Source of the DNA: Paraspadella gotoi
Lineage: Eukaryota > Animalia > Chaetognatha
Assembly (NCBI GenBank): GCA_051294375.1
Contig: CM119267.1
Coordinates: 24,563,783 to 24,627,782, forward strand
Length of the DNA stretch: 64,000 nucleotides
Direction: 5' to 3'
Numbering within the stretch: the stretch's first letter is position 1; each line of letters opens with the position of its first letter. The notes under the pieces were generated by a model, which ran no database searches, was not told where the DNA came from, and worked only from the letters and a program-made list of their open reading frames with translations. Shown here piece after piece: positions 1 through 17,860 of the stretch. The position numbers and the translations under genes are program-made.

Positions 1-441
1 TAACCCACCTGAAGTGACGAACTACAGCCCGATCCAAAGTTCGGGACCTTGTGTGCAATGGATGGTGAACTGCTCGCGGCATCGTCTTCCACATTAGTGA
101 GCCCACACAAACATGTTAGTTCACCTCTGCCCTCGACTTCATGTGTGCAGACGGGAGCCGGAATAGGCAGCCCCTCCTAGAGTGCTCGAGCACAACTCGT
201 GCATCATAGCCATCAAACTTGCGCGGGTGTGTGATGCCTAAGGGGGGGATGTGTCGCAGTAGTATTTCATACCCTGCTACTCTGCCGCAGGTAGCACGAG
301 CTCCTCCCAACCCAAAGGACTCGGGTTCGCGCCCTGCTGATTCACACAAGTAAAAGCGGGATGGGGCGTCTATCCCACCTGAAGGGACAAACTACCTTGT
401 GTGCAACGCACGGTGAACTGCTCGCGGCATCGTCTTCCACA
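1..441 (+). mobile_element. TRIM-type non-autonomous LTR element, family 1 (Helenus-like). Left LTR truncated by the window edge (1-93), internal region 94-249, right LTR 250-441
   Basis: Direct repeats both end GCATCGTCTTCCACA (93, 441). Right LTR runs TGTG...CACA. PBS-like TTAGTGAGCCC follows the left LTR. Polypurine tract AAGGGGGGGA (240-249) abuts the right LTR. Internal palindrome GTGCTCGAGCAC at 182-193. B-box-like GGTTCGCGCCC at 324-334. Confidence 0.8.
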
Positions 442-904
442 TACAAAATTTTTAAATTTTTTCAATTTAAATCATAGCAAAGAGAGTTATCACCATTAAA
501 AATAATCTTTAAATCTTAGTATTTCGCTTAATTTTAAAACCAAAAAATCTAAATTTTATATGTTACCTAAAATTTGTTGCATGTTTTAAAATCAAATTTT
601 TAGCAACAATTTTTAGTTACACAATACATTTTCGACAATTTGTACCTCAGTAAATATGAGGCATCTTTTTTCGCCCTCATGCAACTCGCAAACACTCGCA
701 CCTTGCAACGAATTAATCAAAAGAAAAAGCGAAAAAAAATTCAAGTTGATTTGGTATTCAGATCAAGTTTTTGAGCCAATGCCTCTTTCAGTATAGACTC
801 TGTCTCTCTCTTATCTTTATCTTTTTTTCTTTTTTCTTTCACTCTCTCTCTCTTTCTATCTTTATTTTTCTTTCTTTAGGTCTTTCTTCCCTTTTTTATT
901 CTTT

Positions 905-967
<63 letters not shown>

Positions 968-1217
968 GTTGGCGCATATTTGGGCCGAATTCGAGTCGTC
1001 AAAATCCGTTATTCCATCGGAGGAGGAATAAGTGAGAAAAGTGAAGGAGCAGGAAGAGGAGAAGGAAAGAAAGATAGACAAGATAAACATGGCGATAGAT
1101 AAGAAAGATGAAAGAAAGATAAAGGAAAAGCTGTAATTTACTAAAATATAGATTTCAATCGTCCGTTTTTTTATTCTTGTGATTTTTCATAACTTTTAGA
1201 AAAAGTAAATCGCTCTT

Positions 1218-1452
1218 TGTGGAAGACAATGCCACGAGCAGTTCACCATCCGTTGCACACAAGATCCCGAACTTCGGATCGGGCTGTAGTCCGTCACTAC
1301 TGGTGGGTTAGAAGACCCGTCGCGCTCTCTTGTGTGAATCAGCAGGGCACGAACCAGAGACCTTTGGGTTAAGAGGAGCTCGTGCTAGCTCCGGAGCCAT
1401 AGGTGCTGCTGATTCCTGGACGAGTAACGGGGAATGAAATACTACCGCTTCA
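1218..1452 (-). mobile_element. Solo LTR, family 1, with tRNA-Lys-like cassette
   Basis: Reverse-complement homologue of 250-441 and 1-93, with TG...CA ends and flanks TCTT/TCTC (near 4-bp TSD). Minus strand reads TGGCTCCGGAG (A box), CTCTTAA (anticodon-loop-like), GGTTCGTGCCC (B box). Confidence 0.75.
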
Positions 1453-1504
1453 TCTCTCCCTTAACTCTGTCTCCCTGAGTCATTTCTCTTTCACTCATCA
1501 CTTT

Positions 1505-1582
1505 AGTGATGTCAATTATTGAAACGATTCCTTTTTGTTACAAAGCTGCGCCCGTCAATCAGGTGCTTAAAGCTCTCTATCT

Positions 1583-1613
<31 letters not shown>

Positions 1614-1783
1614 CCTTTCTGTCTCTTTAGACACACGAGAACCTGTTAAATTATTTCCAGACATCCCAATCTGATGCCGAGAAATCGTCCCACGAAGTCT
1701 CGTGGTCCAATTTATGTGTCATAACTGACTATTTCTAGTAATGTCAATTTTCAAAACGATTCCCGTCAATCAGGTGCTTAACG

Positions 1784-1847
<64 letters not shown>

Positions 1848-1955
1848 AGACACACAAGAACCTGTTAAATTATTTCCAGACATCCCAATCTGATTCCGAT
1901 AAATAGACCCACGAAGTCTCGTGGTCCAATTTATGCGTCATAACCGACTATTTCA
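1505..1955. repeat. Two-copy tandem duplication of about 230 bp with an internal (CT)n
   Basis: AGT(G/A)ATGTCAATT...CCCGTCAATCAGGTGCTTAA-(CT)n-TTAGACACAC...CATAAC.GACTATTTC occurs twice. Confidence 0.85.
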
Positions 1956-2516
1956 AAGGTGACATTTCGAACTCAACGTTACATTCCAACGCACGTTGTC
2001 ACGTTCAAATCGATGATCAAATCAGGAAGGAACGTTTCTTGGAGTCTCGTCACGTACGTAAGTGAAAATGAAACTCATCGAATGGAGAGAATAAGATGGC
2101 AAAATTTAATACAAAGTGAAGAAAAAAGGAATGTAAATATTTAATAATATATAAATATAATAATATAAATGTGGGCGAATGAGAAATAAATAGAAAGAGG
2201 AAGAGTAAAAGTAAGGAAAGGATAAAGACAAGGCGGTTGTCGGAAAAGTAGTTCAGGTAAGTCTCCGACGAGAAGGGAACTTGTACTGCGGAGATAGATT
2301 TAATTGGTCGTTGCTCTTTTGTATTTTTTATTTTATTTTCAGCGCCATCTTTTTTTTCGGTTTCGAAGCGCTATCATTTTGTCCGTCATCCTAAGTTCGG
2401 TTAGTCTTCGTTAATTACGAAATATTTTACAAATTTTTTTTTCGGTTTGGAGAGTGGCGAGTTACAATACTGTTGAAAATTACTGATAATGAAACATTTT
2501 AGTACTGGAGGGAGCG

Positions 2517-2565
<49 letters not shown>

Positions 2566-3099
2566 AATTAGAGAAAGTATTAAAAGAAAATGAGACGACG
2601 ATATGCAAATGAGATTTAATCACCGTCACTCTCAGTCGAATCTCTCTCCTTTTCCTTTATCTTTTTTCCTTTTTTCCCCCTTCATTTTTTCCCTCTTCTT
2701 CCTTTTTCTTGCAAAACTGCCTATTTTTACTTTTAAAAACCTTACATCGTTTCATTGTTTACAATTTTTTTTAATTAACATCGCGTTCGTTAATCCCTGC
2801 AGCTTTAAACCCACGCTCTATTTTTCGAATAGCGCGGATTTCAATATCACTCCACGTTTTAATATGATACTCAAGGAAGTTCGTTCGTTCGTTCTGATTG
2901 AGAAATGTTAGGATTTAGTTATAACCATAGCCTTAGTAATAAAGCGATACAGCCTATTTTTAAAACTGAATTGTTAATTCTACACCGGCCTTATCATTCA
3001 TTTCCTTTAATTTACGAAGCCGATACTTATTTATAAAACTAGAAATTATAAAAAATAAAATTCTAAAACGATACTACTACTTTCCGATATAAGGGATGT

Positions 3100-3190
3100 G
3101 TTAAGGGTGTGAAGGATCTTAAGGGTGTTAAGGGTGTTAAGGGAGTTAAGGGTGTTAAGGGTGTTAAGGGTGTTAAGGGTGTTAAGGGAT
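3100..3190. repeat. 9-bp minisatellite (AAGGGTGTT)n
   Basis: Directly visible tandem array. Confidence 0.9.
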
Positions 3191-3896
3191 TACTAACAAT
3201 CGAAAAAAAACTTGAATGGTTTTCAAGGAGGAAAAGAGAAAAACATCTGCAGCTGATTAGTTATTGATGGGAACAAGGGAGGAATAGGAGGAGGAGAGGA
3301 GGAGGAGGAGAAGGAGGAGGAGGAGGAGGAGAAAGAGGAGGAGGAGGAGGAGGAGATCAGAGAGGAGCAGTCAACGACTGTTTATATCCTTTTACTTTCG
3401 CCAGACGACATATTTCACTGCAAGCTCGTTTTTTTACTTGTAAAATATAGTAAAAGTTGTAAATATTGGAGAGAAAGAAAATCTTCTTTTCTTTTTATTT
3501 CTTACTCTTTATCTAGACGTATCTATCTATTTATATATCTTTCTTTCTTTCTGTCTTTCTTTTTTCGGTCTTTTTTATTTTTTATGTCTTTCCTTCCTTT
3601 CTTCTTCTTTCTTTCTCTCTTAAATTTTATCCTCAATTTGAGAAAAAAAGAAAACCATAATCAGCAAATTTAGATCTTACTGTACGTCAACCTTTAGGAA
3701 ACACTTTTGTCCACCTTACAGTACTTTTCTCTCGGTGCTCTCCGCTCATCTTCGTCGTCGTTTTCGTCGTCGTCTTTGTCATCGTCGTCCTCATCGTCAT
3801 CGTCTACGATTTTCACCACAGTCTCGCCATTGTTCTCTCCGAAGTAAATTTTGTGGCTTTTGTTGATGGTTTAGTCAACAAAATCTCACGATAAAA

Positions 3897-3941
<45 letters not shown>

Positions 3942-4685
3942 GGTTTTCCTCTATTGTGAAGAGAAACGAATTTGTTTGTTTTTGTTTTTCCTTAAGAGGG
4001 CCATCTCTCTTCTTGCCTGCTTTTCTTTTCCTACTCATTCTTCCTACTCATTCATTCATTTCCTTAACATTCTATCCCTTACAAATATATATATGGTTAT
4101 CATCATCGAATTCTTCAGACCTTATTACATTATAACAATAATGAATGAAATTAAATATCTTATATTTTGTTATCTTTGAACGCTCTATTACACATCAGTC
4201 ATTCTTTTATATTCTTCTGTATTCTTTTACCTCCTCTTCATTCTTTTTCCCGTCTTCATTTTTTCTCTTCGATTCTCTTCTTCCTTAACATTCTATTCCT
4301 CCCACATCTGAGGTTATCTTTCACTTAATTCTCTATTATCTTCAACATTCTTTCCTTCTCTCCATCTTCACTCTTTATTTTCCCTCTCATTCTTTTGCTT
4401 TTTACCTAACATTCTAACCATTCCGTATCATACCTTCATAAAAAACTGCAAAAGTAATAATGTAAATCACAATACAAACCAAAAAAATATAATGATTATA
4501 TTTGAAAAAAAATTCCGTTCAAGGTCTTAGGTTATACACTCGTTCCCTCATTTTCTTTTGTGGTTTATCCTTTTCTCCTTTCTCCTTAGTTTTCTGATTT
4601 TTGAGGGACAAAGAATCTTATTTGCGGAAGTAATAGTTGTGACTTTTGGCAACTGTTCTTTGCACTACAGCTCTGAGTTTTGTCT

Positions 4686-4851
4686 AACTTCTCTCTTCTT
4701 TTCACAGTGGGCAGTTCTCATCTCTCTCCACTGTGATCGACACTTCTCACCTCTCTCCACAGTGATCGTCATTTCTCACCTCTCTCCACAGTGATCGTCA
4801 CTTCTCACCTCTCTCCACAGTGATCGTCACTTCTCACCTCTCTCCACAGTG
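4686..4851. repeat. 29-bp tandem repeat containing the splice donor of TRP exon 4
   Basis: Unit CACTTCTCACCTCTCTCCACAGTGATCGT at 4712, 4741, 4770, 4799 and 4828, degenerating leftwards. Confidence 0.9.
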
Positions 4852-4973
4852 AGCAAAAATCTTTTCTCTTCGGGCGAGAGTTCCGCGTCTTTCCTAGGAA
4901 TTCCCTGAACGGCGTCGCAGTGAGAATCACAGTCGGGTCCCGGATGTAAAATCTCCGTCCAGTTTTTGATAAC
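4838..4973 (-). CDS. TRPC/TRP-gamma-like channel, coding exon 4 (VIKNWTE...ELSPEEKRFLLTVERG)
   Basis: CAG acceptor and GTGAG donor, phase 0 to 1. LSPEEKRFLLTVERG resembles the start of the first ankyrin repeat of TRPC/trp/trpl/trp-gamma proteins. Downstream exons were not found in the window. Confidence 0.8.
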
Positions 4974-6659
4974 CTGACGCAAAATCATAAAAAATGTAAA
5001 TTTAACTCGGTAAGATATGCAATTTGTATTTATGTTTTTCATATGTTTAAAGGTTTCTGTTTTTATCAGTTATACAATAAAAACAGTGAGGAGGCCAATC
5101 ATGACGTAATTTCATCGAATTTTTGTTTGGATGCAGGAAAAGATTTTATGTGGCAAGTTTAATGACTGTGAAAGTTTTAAATATCTTTAAAATTTGAATA
5201 ATTTAAAATAACTTTTTTTTTCTTAAATAGAGAATACGAAAGAGGCGAACAATTTTCAGTTTAAAGTTAAACCCTAATACGTACAGTTAAAAAAACTTTT
5301 TTTTTCAAGAGGCAAATTAAATGTCTCAGTTTCTTTAAAGGGTTTGTCATATTTATCATAGTTGCAATCAAGGGAGTTTTATATTGCATTCTCAAATATA
5401 AAAAATTAGCGAGAAGTTTGTCTCGTTGAAGTCATGAGATTTTATCACAACCAGGAGTCAAGCAACCGATCATCGAGCAACATTTGGGTTTTTTTAAATT
5501 TAATTTAAATTTGATGAAATTGTGAGTAAATTGATAGATAAAAAATGTTTGTGAATAGGAATTAATGTAAAAAAAAATGTATACAGATCAAACTTTGTAG
5601 AACCAGCAATGTTTTTTGCTTTGGTCGGTTGACAAAGTAATATGATTTGTCATTAATTTAAATCGCAGGCATTTTTGCTTTTTTGTTTTGAAAAATTTTT
5701 GTCGGGAAAAGCGGAACATTTGACAGAGAATAATTTCAAGGTGAATAAGAGGAAAGTCGAAATCTATCATTTGGTGATACTTGGATCGGGCAACGCAAAA
5801 GTTTCAAACGCCAAAATCTTTGTTAAATAATATTAAATACAGATTACTTTACAAAATGCGGTCAAAATTAAGCACAAAATTGTGGGGTTTTTTTTGGCGT
5901 ATGTTTTTTTTTAATATTATTTTATAAAGTGAAACTCCTTTGGCCATCATGAGAGGGAGCTGTCGCACTGAATGCTGATATTAGTGAAAATATTTATCAT
6001 AACAAATGATTGCATCGCGTGATAATATTTTAAATAACAAATGATCGCAAATGATTCCAAACTGAAATTCACCCTGCGGAGAATTTTCTTCTCTCTCTCC
6101 GAATGAAGGGAGAATTTTCTCCCGAGTTTTTTATTCGTCGATTTCTTGAAAGAAAAAAATAGAAAAGGAAAAAAAATATTTAATTTATAATCGAGAGAAA
6201 CTTTAGTCTCGGTTTCGTTACACATTAATCACGACTTTAATGTTTCTACTCCGCAACGGAAAACGATTAGAAAACTCCTTTCAATGCCTCATTAATTACT
6301 GACAATTAACGATTCTTTTTAAAATGTAGTATAATGTAATGTAATTGCATAAGAAATAGTAAGAGAATAAGTAAGCGTCCAATAATAGAGAAACAAAGGA
6401 GTAACTAGGAGTATCAAAGAAAGAAATTGAAATAGTATTGGAAAAGAATAATAGAGTAACAAAAGAGAAATGTAAATAGTAATGGAAAAAAATTAAGAAA
6501 GGAAGAATGGAAATGGTGAAGAAAAAAGTATTGAAAAAATTAATGAAAACTTGTGAGATTAACGATAAAATTTAAACAAAAAGTTACTGAAAGAATATCA
6601 GAAAAATTTAGTGAAAAAGATTAACAAAAAGAGTAATGAAAAGAGTAACGAGATGGAAA

Positions 6660-6928
6660 ACAAAAGCAGTAACTCAAAAAGTAACTCAAAGAGTAACCAA
6701 AAAAAAAATGCAAAGAGTAACTAAAAGATTAACTCAAAGAGTAGCTCCATGAATAACTAAAAGATTAACTCAAAGAGTAACAAAAATAGTAACGGAAAGA
6801 GTAACTAAAAGATTAACTCAAAGGGTAACAAAAATAGTAACGGAAAGAGTAACTAAAAGATTAACTCAAAGAGTAACAAAAAAAGTAACTGAAAGAGTAA
6901 CTAAAAGATTAACTCAAATATTAACTCA
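6660..6928. repeat. About 12-bp-unit minisatellite (AAAGAGTAACTA/AAAGATTAACTC) starting at the donor of TRP exon 3
   Basis: Directly visible higher-order tandem array. Confidence 0.85.
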
Positions 6929-6929
6929 C

Positions 6930-7004
6930 GTCGGTGACGTTTTTCTTGGATGAGACTTCGACGTCATCAAAATCAGAGAGAAGAGGATCTTCGGAGTTGG
7001 ACTC
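6930..7004 (-). CDS. TRP-like gene, coding exon 3 (ESNSEDPLLSDFDDVEVSSKKNVTD)
   Basis: 75 bp, CAG/GTGAGT boundaries, phase 0 to 0, compatible with both neighbouring exons. Confidence 0.7.
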
Positions 7005-7605
7005 CTGATTGGAAAAGTCACGTGATTGAACAATACATTTTAAGGTTTTTTTTTAGCATTTCATAAATATTCTATTTAACATTTCGCAAAGTAGAACCTT
7101 CCGGACGTCTTTTTAGGTAGGTTGAACCTGGATATCCATTTGTACATATAAGTATTTAAATTAGATTTGTATAGACATTTTGACCATGAATTTACTTTTT
7201 ACGGATAAAAAAAATTAATTAAAAAAAAGTTTTCCAAACCATACAATCATGCTACAAATTTGAAAAAAAAAAATCACAAAGACAAAATCCAGAGCATCTC
7301 CAAAACGAGGCATTTTCGTTTCCAAAATTCAATCGATTTTCCGATTTTTCTAAATCCTCGAACACAAATCAGTCTTTTGTTTTTTAACTTTTCAGTCGGT
7401 CGGTCGGTTCGCCAGAGTGTCTGGCTATCTGTTAGTCTCTTCTACTTACATTTTAGATGCTTAGATTATTATAATAATTATAATAATAATAATAATTATG
7501 TTAGATATACAAAGTAGTCAGAGGATCATCTAGATTGTAGTTTCTAGAATGCACCTAATTCATCACGTTAAGAATTTTGTCTTAACTTGGATCTTACGTT
7601 TGTAC

Positions 7606-7858
7606 TGTGGATAAGGCGTTAATTAGGCTGAAGAGTGTTATCCTCAAGCAGCCATGGAACGGGTCCTTGGCTTGGAACCACGCCTAATGGTTTTCCACGC
7701 CCCCAAGGCGGTTTACGGCCGTCCTCACGCTTCCCGAAAGGTAGGTACCAGCGGGGATCGATCCCGGTACCTAATGGTCATGAGCTGATGAGATTACTCA
7801 ATTAGCCAACGGGTCAAAACTTATGGGCGACGTGCACTTATAGCAATGCCCGACTGCA
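7606..7858 (-). mobile_element. Family 2 solo LTR-like element (tRNA-like cassette plus twister-like domain), copy A
   Basis: Minus strand TGCAGTCGGGCATTGC...CCTTATCCACA. Flanks GTAC/GTGC (near 4-bp TSD). Homologous to copies at 20352, 23037, 30669 and 33640. Confidence 0.8.
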
Positions 7859-7973
7859 GTGCAATTAAATAGTTACGTATTCATAAAAATATGTATCCTT
7901 TTCATCCAACTAAAGCGACATGTTCATTCAATTCAATTTAATTCATTCAATTCATTCAATTCATTCAATTCAC

Positions 7974-8017
7974 CTTAAAGTTTTCAGTTTTTCTTCTGTC
8001 GAAGAACGAGTCTCCTC
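7974..8017 (-). CDS. TRP-like gene, coding exon 2 (RGDSFFDRRKTENFK)
   Basis: 44 bp, CAG/GTGAAT boundaries, phase 1 to 0, bridging exons 1 and 3 in frame. Confidence 0.7.
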
Positions 8018-8169
8018 CTGGTGAATAAAAAGTTTATGAATAAAATAAATGAATGTAACATGAATAAGATTTAATCAAACAAATGAATGAAAAATAGCGG
8101 AGAGGATAAAATTATTCTTGATCGTTCGTTGACGTCGACGCTGCAGTTGAAGTGACAGTTGGACATTTG

Positions 8170-8273
<104 letters not shown>

Positions 8274-8308
8274 CTACCTCTCCCTCCCTCCCTCCTTCCC
8301 CGACTCAC

Positions 8309-8567
8309 TCCTCAATGAAAACTTCTCCGACAACGACGCCGCGTAACTCGGCGGACGAATTCGACGCCGCTCGTCGTCGCAGTCGCCGACGCCGCCCCCG
8401 ACGCCGCAGGTCCTTCCGGCGCTGCTGACGGCGCCGTGAGCCGGATCGGGTCCGCGGGATCCCGCAGCCGGAGAATTCTCTGCAGCGGCGGCGGCGGCGG
8501 CGGTGGCAGCCCAGTGATCGGCGCTTCCGGCCATCTGCTGCCGATATCGTTCGTAGACTCGGTCCAT
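8309..8567 (-). CDS. TRP-like gene, first coding exon (MDRVYERYRQQMAGS...SEKFSLR)
   Basis: GC-rich ORF from ATG 8567 to a GTGAGT donor, phase 1. Contains poly-Ala and a PPSY motif. Confidence 0.65.
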
Positions 8568-8659
8568 TCTGCCGTCGTCGTCGTCGTCGTCGTTGTCGTC
8601 GTTGTTGTGTCACGACCACCCGTTTGCTCCAACGAGGAATTGGCCGAAAACCGACGTCT

Positions 8660-8738
<79 letters not shown>

Positions 8739-8849
8739 TGTTATTCTCCCGCCGCTGCTCTGTACGTCCCTCTGCTTCTGCCGCTGCGTAATCTAGCGAC
8801 CGATCAAATCCGACGCCAAATTAAGCGGAATTTGGCGCCACGCCAATCC

Positions 8850-9110
8850 TAAAGTTTGCGCCGGGTCAATCTCCAGGCGGCGCTGAACGTTTTGGCAGGC
8901 GTCGTGTCAATCGCCAGGCGGCGAAGGACGGATTGCCAGGCGGCGTCGCAAACGGAAATCCTAAATTGGTTGACGTCGGTTGACGTCAACGAAGGAGAGA
9001 AGTCAAAAATGACGTCATACGAAACGAGACGTTACATTGAGACGGTCCCGTCGAGAGATGTCGTGACGTTACGACGATGAAAATACGACGTCGCGCGAGA
9101 AGACGTTAAA
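8850..9110 (-). promoter_or_regulatory. CpG-rich putative promoter of the TRP-like gene with CRE motifs
   Basis: Several TGACGTCA/TGACGT motifs (about 8971-9070) upstream of exon 1. Confidence 0.4.
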
Positions 9111-9582
9111 AATGCAGGCATTTATATTCAGACGTTAATTTAAACGTTAATTCCGTCTAAATTCAGAATTTTAAATTCAGACGTTTAAATCTAGAAATTT
9201 ATGTTCGGACGTTTTTATCAAGACGTTTATTCAGGCGATTATATTCACACGATAATATTCAGACGACATCTGAATTCGATGTCAGATTAAATTAATTTAA
9301 TCCGTTAAATCGACTTAAAATCCGTGATTTTTGAATTCAATTGATCTTCGCAAAATCCAGGTTTTACTGTGAAGCGAAGTTTTTTGTTGTTTTTTTTACA
9401 GTAAAAAACTAAATTCTCTTCCTCCTCCTTCGCCAATTTCCTCTTTCTTTTTTCTTTTCTATTTACTCTTATTTTCTCTTCTATTTCCGTTCTCTTCTTT
9501 TTTTCTTTTTAATACCCGAAGTCCAGACGAGTTCAAATATTCCGGTTCAGAATTGGGAAGCGGAATTTGACCGAGAGTGTGG

Positions 9583-9682
<100 letters not shown>

Positions 9683-9811
9683 GAAGTAGAGGATATTATA
9701 AATACGAAAATGTTCGTTCGTTCGTTTTTATTCTTTGTTTTGTTCTTCTGTTAGTTTTGTTCTTTTGTTAGTTGGATTTAGTGCGGAGCGATAGTGGCGA
9801 TGGGAAGAAGA

Positions 9812-9920
<109 letters not shown>

Positions 9921-9949
9921 TGAGTATCCGATGCAGGCGTGGATGAAAA

Positions 9950-10065
9950 TTGGAGATGCAGTCTTCGATGGCGATTGGGATGCGGGCATTGATGAAGATG
10001 CAGTCTAAGACGGCGATCGGGATGCGGTCATTGATGAAGATGCAGTCTCAGATGGCATGGGTGAA
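9950..10065. repeat. About 42-bp tandem repeat (GATGCAGTCT...CATTGATGAA)
   Basis: About 2.5 visible copies. Confidence 0.75.
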
Positions 10066-10886
10066 GAAGGCAAGGTGGGTTTGAAAGCAGGGTGAAAGCG
10101 AGGAGAGCATGGTTGAGACGAGAGCATGGTTGAGACTTGGAGATTCTCTCTCCGTGAAATCTGGAAAAGAAAAAGTGAAAAGTGAAAAATAGAAAAGTGA
10201 AGAGTTCGTGAACAGTAAAAAGTGAAAAATAAACAGTTGAAAGTATAAAGTAATAAAAGAACGGAGTAGAAAGATTTATCGCCGCTCCTTTTTCTTTCTT
10301 TTAAGGTCAAATTCGACCACTGACTGCGTCCCCTTTTTTTTAGTGAAACCACTCGATATCGATATTTCACAAACAGTGAACATTTAGCAGTAAACCGTGA
10401 ACATTTAGTTTCAATAAATGTTTTAAAAAGTCTGAATGGAAAAAAAGACTTGAATCTGAATCGAATTAGCAAATATCGACTTTCGTTCTTTGTCCTTCGC
10501 CTCTTCGCCCTACCCCCCCCTGCCTCCCCCCCCTTTGTGTGTCAAGGTCGTTGTTTGTCTCTCCCGTCACCAAGCTTAACTGCTTGGCTCACTCGACATT
10601 CGACGACCGTACTACTAATGCGGATTATGACTGAATTTTGCCTATATTTTAACTTCTATCACATATTACGAATTATGAAGTACATGCTTGCCTCGACTCT
10701 TTTCATACTCGGACACCAGCTTGACTTCCCCCCACGAAGGAAGCAGCTGCTGGCTTCCCCCTCCAACGCATCATGGCACTGCTTGCATCCCCCTCCACCA
10801 AATCAAGCCACTGCTTGCATCCCCCTCCACCTGAGTCCAGTCTCACTGGCGAAGGACAGAGTCCGCGTGGTCGGCATCGAAGGCCA

Positions 10887-10966
<80 letters not shown>

Positions 10967-11208
10967 AAAACAGAAAGAAAGAAAGACAAAAAGGGTCTTA
11001 ATGGTAAATGAAAAAAGAAAAGAAAGAAAGAAAAACATGGAATCAAATGATTTGTTTATTCGAAGGAAGCAACATCGTGTTGAGTCTGGGAGACAAAGAA
11101 ACAAACGTGGAAACAGAAATAGAGAGGGAGATAGAGAGAGAGAGAGAGATAGAGAGAGAGAGAAATTGAAATATTGAAAGCAAAAGTAATGCTTTAGGCC
11201 AGGGTTTA

Positions 11209-11349
<141 letters not shown>

Positions 11350-12037
11350 GAGAGTTGGAAACAATTTAGGATGTGACGCAAAGTAAACAACCAGAGGTAA
11401 TTATTTTCTGTTAGATTGGTTGAATTTTTGTTAGTTGTTTTTCTCGTTCTTCGTTTATTCATTGGTTATATTTATTCTTAATTGATTCATTAATTCATTC
11501 AGTTATTTATTTATTTATTTATTTATTTATTAATTTATTTATTTATTTATTCATTCATTCATTTTTCATTCATTCATTTATTAATTAATTCATTCATTCA
11601 TTTATTCCTAATTCATTCATTCCTGTCCTTTATTTTTAATTCGTTCATTTTTTCGTTCATTCCTTTCGTTCGCCATTTTGCACCGGAAATGATGAATGGA
11701 ATCGCGACATCAGGAATCAGACGCAGATTCTGTTTTCCCCATTTATTTCACTTTGTTGACGGTATCTCGCTTTTTCATTTTACGCCATTTTATCCATTTT
11801 GCCTTGCGTCGTCGTCGTCGTTGTCTTTGTCGTTGTCGTTGTCGTCATCGTTATCGTCGTCTTTGTCATCGTTTTCGTCATTGTTTTTGTAGTCGTCGTC
11901 ATCGTCGTCGTGGTTTCCTTTTTCCTCTTCCTTTACTTTGACATTTTTATGAAAATTGCGGCTGCTGCCCTTGTTCNNNNNNNNNNNNNNNNNNNNNNNN
12001 NGACGTTGTCGTGGGAGGGAGGAGAGTCCGAGTGAGG

Positions 12038-17021
<4,984 letters not shown>

Positions 17022-17564
17022 GTTTCGTTTATTGTGTTTTGTGTTTTCTTATTCGTGTTTTGCGTTTTGTTTTTTAATGTGTTTTAGTTTTTATTCCATT
17101 TTGTTTTTTTGAAATTTCTGAAGTTTCTGCAGTTTCTTAAGGTAATCAAGTACTTGTTAATAATTTAAATTCTGCGTAAGAGAAAATATTTTCTTGATTT
17201 TCATTTAAATCCAACTTTTGAGACGAGACGTCGTGAGTTGGTGCTTATTTTAATTAAACTGAGTTTCAATGACAAGAATATAAAATAATAAACAAACATT
17301 ATATACAAAAAAAGACCAATTTTGAAAAGAAAAAAAACATTTTCGATTTTCTATTTTTTTTTTTTTTTTTTTTTTTTTGGGAAATTTTTAGGGAAGAGAG
17401 AAGGGGAAAAAGAAAGGGAAAAAGAGGGAGTGACAGAGAGAGAGAGAGAAGAGAGAGAGAAAGAGAGAGAGAGAGAAAGAGAAAGAGAGAGAGAGAGAAA
17501 GAGGAGAGAGAGAGAGAATCTATGATGCCTCTCTAAAACGTCGTCGTCGTCAGTGGCGCTCTCG

Positions 17565-17680
17565 AGGCGTGGCTTCCGGTTGGCGCGTTGACGTGGAATG
17601 ACGCGCGTGACGTCACGTGACCGTCGCTCGTGACGTCACAGAACGCGACGGACGCGCGAGCAGAAGATGACGGCGCGAGA
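17565..17680. promoter_or_regulatory. Orphan CpG-dense promoter/enhancer-like cluster
   Basis: ETS CTTCCGGT 17573-17580, CRE TGACGTCA 17608-17615 and 17631-17638, E-box CACGTG 17614-17619. Confidence 0.45.
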
Positions 17681-17825
17681 GGGAAAGTGGGGTTGGTTGG
17701 CTCTTTCTGTCTTTCTCTCTTTCTTTTTCTGTCTTTCTTCCTTTTTTCTGTCTTTCTTTCTTTTTCTCTTTCGGTCTTTCATTCTATCATTTCCTCTCTT
17801 TCTCCCTTTTTTTTTCTCTCGTTTT

Positions 17826-17860
<35 letters not shown>

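Noticed and set aside
3100-3190. Interstitial telomere repeat
   Set aside because: The unit is the 9-mer AAGGGTGTT, not TTAGGG or TTAGG.
3714-3870. Acidic minus-strand frame (VDDDDEDDDDKD...) as a possible TRP exon
   Set aside because: No ankyrin similarity, no convincing acceptor, and best explained as a degenerate (GAC)n repeat.
4686-4851. CRISPR-like appearance of the 29-, 21- and 39-bp repeats
   Set aside because: Head-to-tail units without unique spacers, eukaryotic context, no cas genes.
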